DNA of 64,000 bases from Girardia tigrina (lineage: Eukaryota). Where the stretch lies: contig MQRK01224568.1 of the NCBI GenBank assembly GCA_001938485.1, positions 1-64,000 of the forward strand, given 5' to 3'. The notes beneath the pieces are model-generated. The model was not told where the DNA came from and made no database searches. It saw only the letters and a list, made by a program, of their open reading frames with translations. This document shows, one piece after another, positions 38,701 through 53,700 of the stretch (the stretch's first letter is position 1; the number at the start of each line of letters is the position of its first letter). The translations under genes were made by a program, and so were the position numbers.

Positions 38701-41700
38701 CCATCTGAAGGAAAAGAAACACCAAGCTCGGCGCTATATAGCTATTTGCCCATAGGGTTAGATATAATTGGAAGAAGTGAAAAGGAACCGTTTTGTGGAA
38801 ATCCAGATTATGTTGAGAATCAATTAGTGTGGGTAAAACCGGAAAACAGTACACCGTGTACACAGCAATGGGCCAAGGGTGTTGTCGTGAAAAGATTAGA
38901 TTAAAGGAAATATCTAGTAAATTGCAACGGATTTTGTGGTCCAAGACATATCGCAGACATTCGACCTAGCCTGACTTAAATTATTTTCAAATTTTCTTGT
39001 GTTTGATTGTCTGGTAGTGATGCAGTTTCCTCCATATTCATATAGTATGACTTGGAATTTTCAACCAAGTCAGGCTGTCTGGGTCGAATGTCTGCGATAT
39101 GTCTTGGACCACAAAATCCGTTGCAATTNNNNNNNNNNNNNNNNNNNNNNNNNNNNNNNNNNNNNNNNNNNNNNNNNNAGTGATGCAGTTTCCTCCATAT
39201 TCATATAGTATGACTTGGAATTTTCAACCAAGTCAGGCTGTCTGGGTCGAATGTCTGCGATATGTCTTGGACCACAAAATCCGTTGCAATTTACTAGGTA
39301 TTTCCTTTGATCTATTCTTTTCACGACAACACCCTTGGTCCATTGCTGTGTACATGGTGTACTGTTTTCCGGTTTTAGCCACACTAATTGAATATATCTA
39401 TATCAGTGGTGGCCAAACTGGGTGTCGCGACACCCTAGGGTGATTTTTAAAAAGATTTTTACGCGTAAGTAATTGTTTTATCATACTACTAACGCCTTGT
39501 TACAATTCACCAAATGTAACAATTCACCAAAAATTTAATGCAAAGGCATATGGGTGTCACGAAATTTTTCCGTTTACAAAAAGGTGTCGCGGCTCAAAAA
39601 AGGTTGGCCACCACTGATCTATATAATCTGGATTTCCACAGAACGGCTCCTTTTCACTTCTTCCAATTATATCTAACCCTATGGGCAAATAGCTATATAG
39701 CGCCGAGCTTAGTGTTTCTTTTCCTTCAGATGGCGTGTTATTATACCACCATAAGGCTTCCAAAATGCTGATATTTGATCTGGACGCAATTCTTTTGAAA
39801 AATTTTTTTTTATTTATAAATATTGATGTATATTTTAATTATTTTTTTGTAATTAAACTAAATCAAGTTATCCGATTCAATTCAGTCTATTAAATTTTTT
39901 TGAAACTTAAACTCGATTTGTGGACATAAAAAGATTTTCTGTAATTAGACTAAATCAGATTGTTAAATCAAATTTAATTTTATTTATATTCTAATTATAT
40001 TTTTATATAAAGTGAACTTATCAATAGATGAAATCATAAATTGAACAATAATAATATATTATTCACAAACTCAAAAAGATTCCGCCTCTTGTCCTTAATT
40101 AATAATTATTTACCAATTTCTATTACTTAAAAAAATTTTTATTTGTCTTTAAAAAATTCTAAAAAATTTTTGTTTGAAAAATTTCAAATCAATAAAATTA
40201 ATATTTTATTCGACCTAAAATTAATTTTAAATCATTATAAAATTATTTAAGATATTAACCCGTTGACTACCGGAGACCCGTATATGGGTTTACGGCTTAT
40301 AACTTTTGAACGAAGAGGAATTTTTTTTAATGCGGTTTTTTTCTAAATATTACTATTAACTAAATATTAACATATCTCCAAAAGAAATTCGGTAGTCAAT
40401 GGGTTAAATTACGGATAATATTTAATTCTACACTAATCTTAAGACTTAATTTTTACCTAGATGTAATAGTTTTTAAATATATTTTATTTTAAAGTATTTA
40501 AATCTTGATCAGCGAAATAAAAATCGACTAATTCTTTATTTTAAAAAACTTTTTGCAGCTTGTTAAAATGAATTACAATATAAACTATTTTTAAAATTTA
40601 ATGATTAAGGAAATTGTAGGAAACACCACATTTTTTTACAAAAATATTTGGTCATAAGTACAGAAAGATTGGAAAACACTGCCTTAAAAAACAATTGAGA
40701 ATTGTGTGAAGGTTTTCTCAAAGGATTGACCCCTATCTCCGAATTTTCATAATAATAAAGTATTAGTCGAGAAAATACTTCCCAGAACCAACTATTCTTC
40801 AATAGGGCTTGTAATCACTACCTAACAGAAACTCCTTTGAGTTTCTAACATATTTATTTAAGAGTGTATGTTACTTTATTTATACCTCATTTATAGGCAA
40901 ATAATATTTTGATCTAAAAGGAAATCTCATTTTTCAAATGAATGGTTTTACAATCGACTAATATTAATATCTGGGGGCAATATTAAACACCTTTTATAAA
41001 AGACTACTCAAACAATACCTATAAAATGATACACATATCAATAAAAGTATGGTAATCATCGATGATCTTTCCATAACTTTAGATAACATGGCTCCTAAAT
41101 GAGGATATAATCTGTCAGAGTAAATTATGCAGTAGAATTTCAAGTATTACACAGGCAACACAAACTCTCGAATCTTACATAGCAATAGGCGAAATAAAAT
41201 ATGCAGATGATATTCGGTGCAATGAGAGCTTTAGTCTTGGCAGTATATTCGTTTTCGAAGGTAGAAGGAAATTAATAAATTTGTTATATTAATTCGTTGT
41301 CATTCAAGGGCAAAAGATTCAGTCGACTAATGATAACCTTTCACTAATGTTCTTGTCGCCAGATTGGGATGGAGGTTCAATGATTCTAAACCAGTGCCAA
41401 CGTGAAAGCAGCAAGATATTAGGAACAATTATTATGAGACTTCTTATTGAAAAGCAAGACACAGTGGAATTAGGAGAAAAGCTGTGTGAAAGAAGTCTAA
41501 ATATCTTTGAATATAATTGGGCTGAAAAGATAAATGGATTGATTTCAGTATATTTTATAAAAATATAAAATTATAATAAAAATTTTTTAGAACCATTTAA
41601 TGGGCAGTTTTTGCTGTGGAAATGTGATAAAATTTGAGACTAATTCCTGTTACTTTGGAGACTCCGAACTGGCTTTTCAGACTGGCGAGAATCAGGACAA

Positions 41701-41734
41701 GTCGAGGTTAATGCATTTTTAGCACTTATTATTA

Positions 41735-41769
<35 letters not shown>

Positions 41770-44700
41770 ATTATTATTATTATTGTTAATATTATTGTTA
41801 GGTTCGTCATAATTCACAGGTGAAGAATCAGAATTTGAAATTTTTAAAACTTTTATTTAATACAACAAAATAATGTATTTTTATACAAGTTTTTTGAATA
41901 AATTTCCGAGGATTACTTTTCAGTTTTTTCTTGCACAAACCATTTAATATACGATGTCTATAACCACCAACATAAAGCATGGAGGCATACCAACTTACTG
42001 ATGTATGCTAAAAAGTTATATCAAACTAGGAGGTCTAGAAGCTTCGGTTTCTGCCTTTGAACCCAAATTTAAGCTTCACGTGTGATAGCTAGCTCACTTT
42101 CATAACCAGCTATAAAACGTAGCTATCATTTGTAGCCACGGGCAGTTTAATCTTGTATACATAATCATCAGCTTAACACTCTAACAGATTCCAACTGAAG
42201 TTAAATTCTACGACTTGTTCAGATCTTGAACCACGTCAATCGGTTTATTCTCATCTAATTTTTACTCCACGCAAAGCAAACTCATGAGTTTTTCTCTACA
42301 TTCTAGACTTCCAGGGGTGTAACTGGAGATAAGCTCACGGAGTTCTCAATAATTGATCAGAGTTAATACTTTTTCTTTCGCTTCCTGACTCTCATTGTAA
42401 AGTAAAAATTTGGCCAACTTTGGCTTTCGTAGTTTATAATCAAATATCTTTCTTTTTTATTCTGTAGTTTGACATTGACTGACTCATATGGTAACATTTG
42501 TCATTGACTGATAGTACATGTTTCCCTTTCATATATCTTGTAATTGTCCATTTCCATCCATATACCTGTATAAGAAAGTCAAGGTTCAAATGGGCACCGA
42601 TATAGACTATTGCATTTGTTTTCAGCTATGACAGAGTTAGAACCATACGTTCTTCAGTTGGCGTGACTCTCACTGTAAAGGTTTGAAATGTCAACTCGAA
42701 TATGGAACAATTAATTTTCAATAAAAAGTTTTAAAATACCAAATTTTTCCAATTACTCAAACAACTAGATCATAATTAGTTTATTTATCTTATTTTCTTC
42801 AAATAATTTTATCTTGTTATGTATGAATTATAATTCTGGACAAATTTGAAACAAGGAATAACTCAATTTATCCTAAATAAAATTTTTATATGGATGGGCA
42901 AAAGCATTTTGACTAATAAAAAAGATATTACTGCTTAATATAATGTACGTGGTGCGATCCCTAAGTCCTTAGACTCGTTGATAAATAAGATTATGACGTA
43001 TATGCCGTTGATACTATAAATAGATGAGCTATCATTGGTTACTGATATGACTCACCATAACAAACCTGTGTGTGTGAGTGGTGCGTACAGCCATTATTTC
43101 ACTTTTTACTGTAGGCATGGACAGTATAGTCGAATATCGCAGCGTGATAAAATTTCTGCTCCTGTGCAATACTAAAAGCTGCGATATTTTGCAGCAGTTG
43201 CAGGAAGCTTACGGTGACCAGTGCCCATCACGTGCAACAGTGTATAATTGGATCAGAGACTTTAAACATGGCCGAAAATCCGTTTTTGATGCTGAGAGAT
43301 CAGGACAACCGTGTGAAATTTTACCCGGGAAAAGTGATTTGTGCATGAAGATCGTGTCAGAAGAGAGACGAATAAGCATCCGTGAACTTGCACAGCGTTT
43401 ATCCATCAGCTACCATTCTACATATGATATTCTGCAATCATTTGGAGTTCGCAAACTGTGTTCACGTTTTGTTCTCCGATTCTTATCCAGTGAAATGTGC
43501 GACAAACGTTTGCAGTGTTGCACTGCCAATTTGGAGTTGCTTCGCACTCATGGTGATTGCTTCATCAACAACATCGTTACACAAGATGAAACCCCGGTGA
43601 GCTTGTATGTGCCTGAGAGCAAGAGTCAATCTTCTGAGTGGTGCTTCCCCTGTGAAAGTGCTCCCCGAAAACTTCGAAGCGGCACCTCGCACAAGAGAGC
43701 AGCAATGCTGACTGTGTTCTGGGATTCCCATGGCATTATTAAAATTGATTTCCTTGAGAAAGGACTGACAATGAATAGTGAGTATTATGTTGAATTACTT
43801 CGCGATATGAGAAAGTATCGTAGGAAGCCAAGAGGGATCCCATTGTGGCTCCTTCAAGACAATGCACCCATTCACACTTCGCGAGCAACTTTGACTGCTG
43901 TGGATGACTGTGGCTTTCAGTTGGCTTCCCACCCCCCTATAGCCCTGACCTAGCCGCAAGTGATTTTGGTTTGTTTAAACACCTAAAGAAACATTTGAAA
44001 GGTGTCCACTTTCATTCAGTTGATGTCCTCATGGAGAAAGTCTTTGATATTCTCAATTCTTTGCCTCCCAATTTTTACAAAAATGTGTTCTCTGAGCTTG
44101 TTGCTCGCTGGCGCAAGTGTGTTGATGTACATGGCTCATACATTGAGAAATTATTTACTTTGATGTCATGTACTGATTCTGAAAAAAATAAAGTTGATTG
44201 GACTTTGCTTTCTTATCGAGTCTAAGGACTTATAGATTGCACCACGTATCTACTCTTTAAATGGCCTGGAATCAAGAGTTCTCCATAGATTAAAAAACTT
44301 GAGATTTGGTAAACTTTCACTGCGCTAAGGGAAACATTCCCCATGTTACATATTTGCAATATATTTGGTATTTGTGCGATATTTATACGCAAAAATAATT
44401 AAAGTGTCGTTCTCATGTTTTCCTCAGTAGTAGGCTTTGAAATTTGCTACATCTAAATGCAAATAGAAAGCGGACTTTCGCCTAGTAGGTTTTGATAATT
44501 CAGTCAAAAAAAATGTAGGAAATGGGTGAAATAGATACAGAACCGCAAACATATGACAAATTATAAAAGCTTGTACACCAAAATTTTTTTTAGTATGATT
44601 ATATTATTTATTAATTATGTCCTCAGTATTAATTAGTTCATATTTATTTGTTCAAAACTTTCTCGAGAATATTTTCTTAATTTTTATTAATAACAAAAAT

Positions 44701-47700
44701 AGCGTAATTATATATAAGTGAAAGAAAGGATAAATAATATTTGTGTCATTCTTAATCAGACGCTCTTCCAAACCCGTGATCGAAGAATTGGAGTCTCCAT
44801 CCACCAATTCATCAAGCAATCATATTCTAGTCAAATCTTCAATTGATTCTGCAGTCGAAAATTTGGGGGGTATTTCAATTTTAATGTTTTGGTTGGCCAA
44901 GGTGAAAAATAATAAATTTATAAAATTATAAAAATGATAATTGGTTATCACAGCTGGTTGAGAGTGATGATCAGAACAACGTGCGATGGCTTTTGAAGCT
45001 GATGTTATTATTGTACAGAAAATCGGTGTTCCTTGCCTACCAGAACATTCAAGACAATGGATTTTCGACTTTACTCCAGCTGTTTAAATCTTTTAAAATG
45101 ATTCTTAATTTTGAAATCATAGATGTAAGTTGATTGTTATTTATTATTACATTGAAATCTAATACATGATACTGATCCGACTGCCTTGATCAGTCGAAAT
45201 TCAAATTTTAAATTATTTATAACCTCTGTTTTCTAGCAAAAAATACAATTTTCGCAAGAAAAATAAAAAAGAATAGGGAAACACTGTGTAACATTTCAAC
45301 ACCGGTTCAAAAATATAAATTTTAAATAGCAAATTAACAGAATCTTTAAATGAATTGAAACCATAATGTAACATGCATAAAAAATATCCACCAAATATTT
45401 TCAGAAAAGATTGTACTGGTTCAAAAAGGGTGTTGTAGAAACTATATTTAACCCTTTCAATACGATTTTTTTATTTCAGTAATCCATGTAATATTATAGC
45501 CCAAAATATTGGGATGGTATTCTCTGGGACAATATGTCCTAGTAATTATTTTGCAATAATCTTTTTTTATTCAATCTAGTCAAAATAAATTAGAAAAAAG
45601 TATTTGGGGCTATAATATTACATGGATTACTGAAATAAAAAAAATCTTGTTGAAAGAGTATGCTCTGGGACAATATGTCCCAACAGTGTTGAAAAGGTCA
45701 AAACAATTAATAATATTACAATCATGATCGTTAACTGGGTTATGTGTTAAAATTCATATTTTAAATTTAAAATTTAAATCAAGTTACTTTAAAATAATCA
45801 GAATATTCAACTCTGTAACCATTATAATTCCTTTCTAAAACAATATTTAAAATTTTATTGATAACAGTCGAAAATTTTCTTCAATGTGTATTATTTTTTG
45901 CGTGATCGGATGTTTCCTCACATGACATTTCCTCACATGACATTTCCTCACATGGACATTTGCTCGCACGGAAAAAAAATTCAGTGAAAAGAATTTTGAT
46001 AATAGTACTTTCCGCACACAAGTAAATTTTTTAATTTAAAAATTGATTTGTTTTCATTTTATTTCGTTCTATTGTTTTTTTCTGTTTTTATTAAAATTTC
46101 TTGATTTCTAGTGGAAAATTTAATTGTATTCTAATAATTTTCTCGAATAATTTGTTATTATTTGTTTTTATTATTTAACAAATTCCAAAGTTATTTGTAC
46201 GTGGATTGCAATTATAATTATCGATTTTTTCGACATTTTTTTTAGAATTTTAATGCTGATACTGGGGCCTGGCTTGTTGACATTTTCCGATTTATTATTC
46301 AAATATTTATTTTTAATTTACTTTTAGTTTATTCATTTTCGATTATTTATTATTTTGCTTCAGATTTTTTATATTATTTTTCAAGAAATTTTCCAGAATT
46401 TTTTCTTTAATCGATATTATGTTCCATTGTAATTTTTGATTATTGATTTTTTATTATTATTTGATTTTTCGTTCATATTTCGTTATTTTTTTTATTCTTA
46501 TGCGTTTTTTGAGTTGTTTTTCACCTATTTAAAGACTAATAAATTTAATTCTATCGCAAAACATGTGAGGAAACGTCAGTGAGGAAAATATTTATTAATT
46601 TAAAAAATTTACTTAATGGAAAGTACCATTATCAAAATTCTTTTCACTGAATTTTTTTCCGTGTGAGCAAATGTCCATGTGAGGAAATGTCATGTGAGGA
46701 AACGTCCGGGAACTTATTTTTTGTATATTCTATTCAAATATTCGACCAATTTACTATATTACCATCAATGTTTGCTCCCAATTAATATTAGGTATTTAAT
46801 AAGAAAATTAAATACAGTAAGACGTATCATAATTATTACTTTAGCAAGACTATGAAGCGGTTGTCACTCCTACCCTGACAGAAACAACAGCGACGATAAA
46901 TAACGAAGAAGAAAAACAACTTTTCAAATGTAGCCGCTGTAAAAAGACTTATAAAGCAAAGATATGGCTAACGAGGCATCTCAAAAATGATAACAAAATG
47001 AACGGAGCCTGAATAGTCAGAATCTCGTCGAATCAGTCAGAGCAAATCAACCTGATCATCTGAACAATTGAGGAAGTCGATCGAAAAATCAAAAATATTC
47101 CAGAAACTCGACGTCATTTAGCAACGGAAACTCAGACTACCTCGACGGTTGTGGAAGATATAATCAGTGATGAAGAAAAAAACTATCTTTTCAGATCATA
47201 GACTTTTCTGCGAGGAGATAAATCAGATGTCCCTTTCGTGACTGTATAAAGTTTACATATACTTCCAAAAACATATAGAACCATGGAAATACTATCAATA
47301 GGTGATCTTTTTTCTAACAGCGAAGACCAATAGATCTCGGAAACCGAAGCAATTCGATCCCGTATTAGGCCTATCGGGATGATGTTAGATACTTTTAGTT
47401 TTGGTGGACTCTCTTAAGAGTCTAAAGGTTGAATACCATTAAAAGTGATGGAAGACCAAACTTAGCAATAGTGTAATTATGGAGCGTATTATTCTTGATA
47501 ATTTCGTCAAGTCAACTATGAGTTGTGCAATTTTAATTTCGTTTCTAATTTGAGATTTGAATAATTTATGGATGAAACTACTGAGTATGAAATATTGCTG
47601 TGGTGCAAGCTAACTCAACCAAATTTATTTTCCACGGATTCTGCAATTTGAGTATATCAATTATTCATTTCATTTTTTATTTAAATTCCTCGAATTCTGT

Positions 47701-50700
47701 TGTCTTTTTTTAATTAAATCTTAAAAGATTTTACCAATAATTAAAAAAATAACTAATTAAAATTTAATTTTGTTAAAATTAACATGGACTTTTTAAAAAT
47801 GGACAAAATATCGGAATTCGGATCATTAAATAAGTTTTATTTGATTGAATCGTTTTTTTCTGGACGATGCCCACGGCAGTATGCCGCCGTATGAAGTGAC
47901 CCGTTTCATACTTAATACCCGGTTTTTACCAATCATTGCAGCACGTCCAGCCAACAAATACTAAGAGATTATAAATTTATAAATATTATATTTATGTTTA
48001 AAATTAGAAATAAATTTTGCAATTGAGTTTCAAATAAAATATCTTTTTAAAGATTTTTAACTGCAAAAGAAACAAGGGATCTTGTAAAAATTCTGCCCCT
48101 AAGGGCAGGTCTTTAACAGGTGTAATTTTAGGGGCATAATTTTTACAAGTGTAATTTCAAAAGAAAATAAATAATTAAAGTTTAATTATTTAATAAAATT
48201 TTTTAATAAATTTCTTTAAATGTTATTATTTCATTGAAAAGTATGAGAACTTGGTTAAATGGTCTCAACGGTTGGTCAAATAATGAGTCTATAATTTTAA
48301 TTTTAAAATCTTTTTCAAATCTTTTCAAGACCTACATTATACAAAATTTTTAAATGTTTAAGATTATGCATCAACAGATGTTTTGATAATAATCCTGTTA
48401 GACTGGGTGGTAAAAATGTAGTTTATCAAATCGATTAAAGTCTGTTTTGGCATAAACAAAATACCATCGATGTAGAGTTCCTAGTGACCAAATTTGGATG
48501 TTCTGAATTGTGATACATCATATGTACCTGTTAAAGGATATACAAAAGTGGTACCAAATAGGGTAGCTGCCACTTAAAAATATAAATTCTTATAGGGCAA
48601 AAAACGAAAAAGATGTAAAATAATGATGGGTATCAAAAAGTAATTTTTACAGGATTATTTGAATGAATTTATGTGGAGAGATAATTTTAGAGTAGAGAGT
48701 TGTGAAAAACTTTAGAAATAATAAAAGATTTCTATGAATAAAAATTGTGTATTGTTTTTCGTTTGTTGTTATTTATTAAATTACTAAATTATGTTAAATT
48801 ATTTATTTTTTAAAACTATAGGTGTTACGGACAGAACTTTTATAAGTTCTAAGTTAGGGGCACACTTTTTCATTGTTTTTAGGTGATTTTATTTAGGTTG
48901 ATGTAACTTAAAATGGAGCAGGCCAAAATATCGACAAGCCAAAATATAGACAGCCAAAATATCGACAGCCAAAACATCAACAGAAAAAAAAAGTATGACA
49001 AGCCTTAAATCCACAGGAAAAATATCGACAAGCCAAAAAATCGACAAAAAATCACATTACCAAATATATCAATATAATAAAAAAATAAACATAAATTAAA
49101 TTTAAATTAAAAATTTATTTAAAAAGATAAATTATGTACAATTCATCTCAAATATTCCAATAGATCAGTATTGCAACGACGTTTAACTACAACTATTATC
49201 CTATTTTCTTTTTGAATGATACTTCTACGGAGTTTCAAGACAGGTTCACCTCTAAGAATACATTCTACCTGAATACTTACATATGCTTATTCGTTTTGTA
49301 ACTATTTTATGATACTAAAAATTCCGATATGGGATCGCCCAATTGCACATTCCCATCTTCTGTGCCAAGCTTCGACGATATTCTCTGTTTTTAGAATACC
49401 TTGATGAATTAAATCAATGATATTTTTTAAATTTTTGTTAAGTGGGTTAAAATCGCAAAAAATGTTTAAACATTTGTAGATTATCGTAAAAACGATTTTT
49501 GCCAAAAAAAATTAAAATTAACTTTTTGAGATCATTTGATTTGTTCAAGCGAAACATTATAGCGAAATACAACTACCCTGAAAATTTCAGCTCCATAGCA
49601 TCATGGGAAGTGGGTTAAAATTGCAAAATGAGGCTGAACACGGTACAAGATGATACGAAAGCAAGTATATAAAAAGAATGGAATGATAATATTTATAAGT
49701 AACATGAAAAATTTTCGAAAATTTAAAATGTTTTTTGAATTTTCGAATATTCGTATTATCAAATTTTCTAATTTTAAATTTTTATTATCATTAAAACATT
49801 TATTTCCATTTCTATTTTTTTCTGTCGATGTTTTGGCTGTCGGTGTTTTGGATTGTCGATATTTTCGGGTTGACCCAACTTAACAACGTTATTAAATAAA
49901 GTTATTGAAAAATAAAAGTATAAACAAAGACTTTAAATAAATAATTTTAAAGTGGAAAAAGAATATAAGTTTTGAAATTAAACGTGGAATAAATTTTCAT
50001 AAAAGTTGTAAAATAAATTTATTAAGATATATAAAATTTTTAAATAAAATTTGTTTATTTAAATGGTAGAAATCAGTAAAATTATTATTAAAAAGTATGA
50101 AAGTAGAAATATTTGTTTAACCAGTAGAGTACGGAGTGGGGGACTTTAGGTCCCCAAGATTAATTTTCGGATTTGTTTATTAAAAATAAATGCTGTAAAT
50201 TTTATTAAATAATCGTTTTATTTAATTTACTAGCAGTCTTTGTAATATTAATATGCCAACTTATAAACAAAACAAAACAATTTTTGTGTAGAGGACTTTA
50301 GTGACCCCATTCTATCCTTTATGTTATGAAATAGACTCCGTACTTTTAGGGTTAAATTTAGTGTTTAATGAATTTATCTTTTACTGTTCTCATAAAATCA
50401 CTTGTGAATTATTATAACAAAGGAGTGAGACGTAACTATTATAAACAAATTTCAAAATGAATATTCTGTTCTTTGTTTTTGTTTTGTACTTTGATTAATG
50501 AGAAATTAAAACCGAATCAGCGAACTTAAGGCCAATTAATATTAAAAAAAATTAGGTATACGATCCTCCTGTCCAGAGCTACAATTTAGATTGTGCATAC
50601 AGAGAATGTATTTGAAGAAATAGGATATCTCAAAAAATAAAATACTTGAAAAATAAATATTAAAAATAAATGCTGTAAATTTTATTAAATAATCGTTTTT

Positions 50701-53700
50701 TTTAATTTACTAGCAGTCTTTGTAATATTAATATGCCAACTTATAAACAAAACAAAACAATTTTTGTGTAGAGGACTTTAGTGACCCCACTCCATCATTT
50801 ATGTTATAAAATAGACTCCGTGAAACAAAAATCAAAATAAGAACAAAAAATTATTTATATGAGGAGTTAGTTTAAATTTTCGATTCGCTGAATAATTTAA
50901 TGTTTTTAATTTAAAAATTTTGAAAATTAAATAATAAAAAACAGAGTTTAAAATCAAAAGAATTAAAAGTTGATATATTTCAGTTGAAAGTTTTAAAATA
51001 AAAATTTTAAAAGAAATAATACAATAAATAAAAGTTTTGTGTAAATTTATATATCAAGCTACTACAAAAGTTTTTACAAAATTAAATAGTTTTTTTACAA
51101 ATTAATTTTAAAATTAGATGTTTATATAAATGTAAAATTAGTTTTATTGTGTTTAGAATATTTTTTAAAAATACATAATAAAGACTTAGTTTAAATAATT
51201 TTTCAACAAATAGTATGTGTTTAATAATAAATATTTTTAAAAGTCTATAAGTTGATTGCATCTTATTTAAATGAAATAAGTTAATTTTATAGGTAATAAA
51301 ATTTTATATAAGCATTCTAAAAATAATAAAAAAAATTAATTAAAAAGAAAAGTTAAAAAAATATGTTATCGAATATAATAAATTATTTTTTAAGTTTTTA
51401 CATATTGAATTTTATTTAATGGAATAAATTAATTTTATTTGTCATATATTTTATAAATGCATTTTAAAAATAATAAAAATTTGAAGTAGTAAAAAGTCAA
51501 AAATAAGTAATAATAATTATTTTTAAAGTTTAAAATGTTTTTTTATAAGTTGAAAGTAAAATAAAATTTATGAGGCGAGACGAAAATTTTAATTAACGAA
51601 AATTTGTTTGAAAATTGAAAGTTGTGATATTAATAAATTTTGTGGTGTTACATTATAACTTCTGAATTTGATAATAATGAAAGTGGCATAAACGCTACTT
51701 ACAATTTATTTGTTGTATTTTCTATGGTAATAGAAAACAAAGTCGTGGGGAGCATTTTGTGTTGGCTTCCTTTAATCCTTTACGTTTGAAAAAAAACTAA
51801 TAACGGTATTAAATAAAATTATATTAAACTTTTGCACAAGAAGAGTCCGTCGATTTATTTTATATTTTATTTGATATATCTTGAGCATAATATGACTGAG
51901 AAGAATATTTAATTTTTGTGTTGAATTTGGTATTAAGAAATGTTTCTCCGACCCAGATAGAAAATTGATATTTGGGACGTTCGTGGTGAATAATTATTCA
52001 GGCATGATTTTATTTTAAATTTAGACATAAGATGTTTAAAAATTTTAATTAATAAAATTATTAAAAACCGATAAAATAAATAAAAGACCGCTTTAGTAAA
52101 TTTTTGTAAGTAAAATTCAATCAATTTAGTGTTGTTAAAATGAAAATTATTAAAGTAAATTTTTTTGCAATAGTAAAAAATAATCATGAAATCATCGCAT
52201 TATTTTTTTAACTACGCATTCTAAAATTTTAACAATTTAATTCGATGTCAATTAATGGAAGTTTTGTTGGGAGTTGTTCTGAAGACAAGTCACATTGTGG
52301 TAATACAAATTTGGAAAACCATATTAGTGTTCTCAATCATGATAAATATTAAAAAATAATATTACACTCAAAATAGCAATACGGTATTTTAAAAGGTCCA
52401 CCCTAAGATAATTTAAAAGTAACTTGATATACACTTTATTAGGATTTTGGCGGGCTGACAAATTTTTTAATTTTAATATTTAAAATCTATTAGGGGAATT
52501 CTCAAAATATATATATAAATATTGCATACATTAAAATACAGTGGACGAAATTTTAGAGTAAAAAATGTTGCCAATTTTTCTACACATGATACTGTTGAAA
52601 ATAAATTCATCAAATGGACATTTTCAATTGAAGATCGTTCATGAAATAATATTAATTAAAAAGTGATTCTAATAAGAAAATATTAATTTGCTGAGAAAGA
52701 CGCTTGTTTGAAAGAACTGATTATAAATCACGAGATTTTGTTTGTAAACATCAGTGTTTGTGTGTACTGTCCTGGAGATTGACAAGGCCTGTTCTCATTG
52801 GTCAGTTAATGACTCCTTGTGATTTGGTGTCGACCGCTCTCATTTATATTTGAATCAGTTGTAACATGATTAAACATTTATTATTCATATTTAGAATTAT
52901 AAGATGATTTGTATTTTTATCTTTTTATATATTTATTTTTATTAAAATGTATCATTTCAAATGTGATTTACTCGATATACATTTGTTACTTAGTTATTTT
53001 AACATGTTTTTATTAACTTTATTTCCTCGCTGAATGTTTTTCCATGATTTTTTTCGCACCTTTGCATTTGATTTTTTTTCTCATTTCCCATAGTCTGATT
53101 GCGCTGACATTTTGCCCTAAATATCTAACACCGATCACAATATTTGAATCAATTAAAAATGTTCTATCTGAATGATTAATTAGTCATTTTTTTCAAAACA
53201 ACATATTTGCGATTGCCACAATAATTATCACATATCTATTAGGTCGGAATGAAAGTTTTGTCATTAGCATTTTATTAAAAGTAAAATTTTTCCACTAACA
53301 AAGGATCATTTTCACTAATGCAATCGCCATCATTTTCGATTATTCTTTACAAATGAGGCTGAAATAAGAAAATTCTGACGTTTTTCCAGTCGAAAAACCT
53401 TTGAAGGGTCTGTTCTAGGGGTTCATCATCAATGAGATGTTTGCGAAGGAAATTTTCCAGTAACTGTAAAAGATGATAATTGGATGGAGCAACGTCTGGG
53501 CTATATTGATGGTGCATAAGAACATCCCAACCCAATTCTTCATGTTTTTAGAGCGTCCGGTGTGAAACATGAGGTCTGGAATTTTGTTGTTGAAAACAAA
53601 CACGAGTCGTATTGACATCACGAACACGCAAAGCGACCTGAATATGGTCTAATTGTGTGCATTAAACTTCAGAGGTGATGGTTAGATCGTGCGGAACGAG

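Noticed and set aside
39017-39290. Direct repeat flanking the N-gap (also 24160-24317)
   Set aside because: Identical sequence on both sides of a short gap is typical of contig-overlap artefacts.
40605-40850. Possible LYST exon
   Set aside because: It has stops in all + frames and resembles a Tc1 C-terminal remnant. The flanking exons join in phase without it.
45168-45205. Hammerhead-like ctgatcc-gactg..cagtc-gaaa
   Set aside because: The core lacks G8/A9, there is no helix I/III, and there is no Penelope context.
45910-45960. Short regular repeats as a CRISPR-like array
   Set aside because: No spacers, eukaryotic context, and they form TIRs of a MULE-like element.
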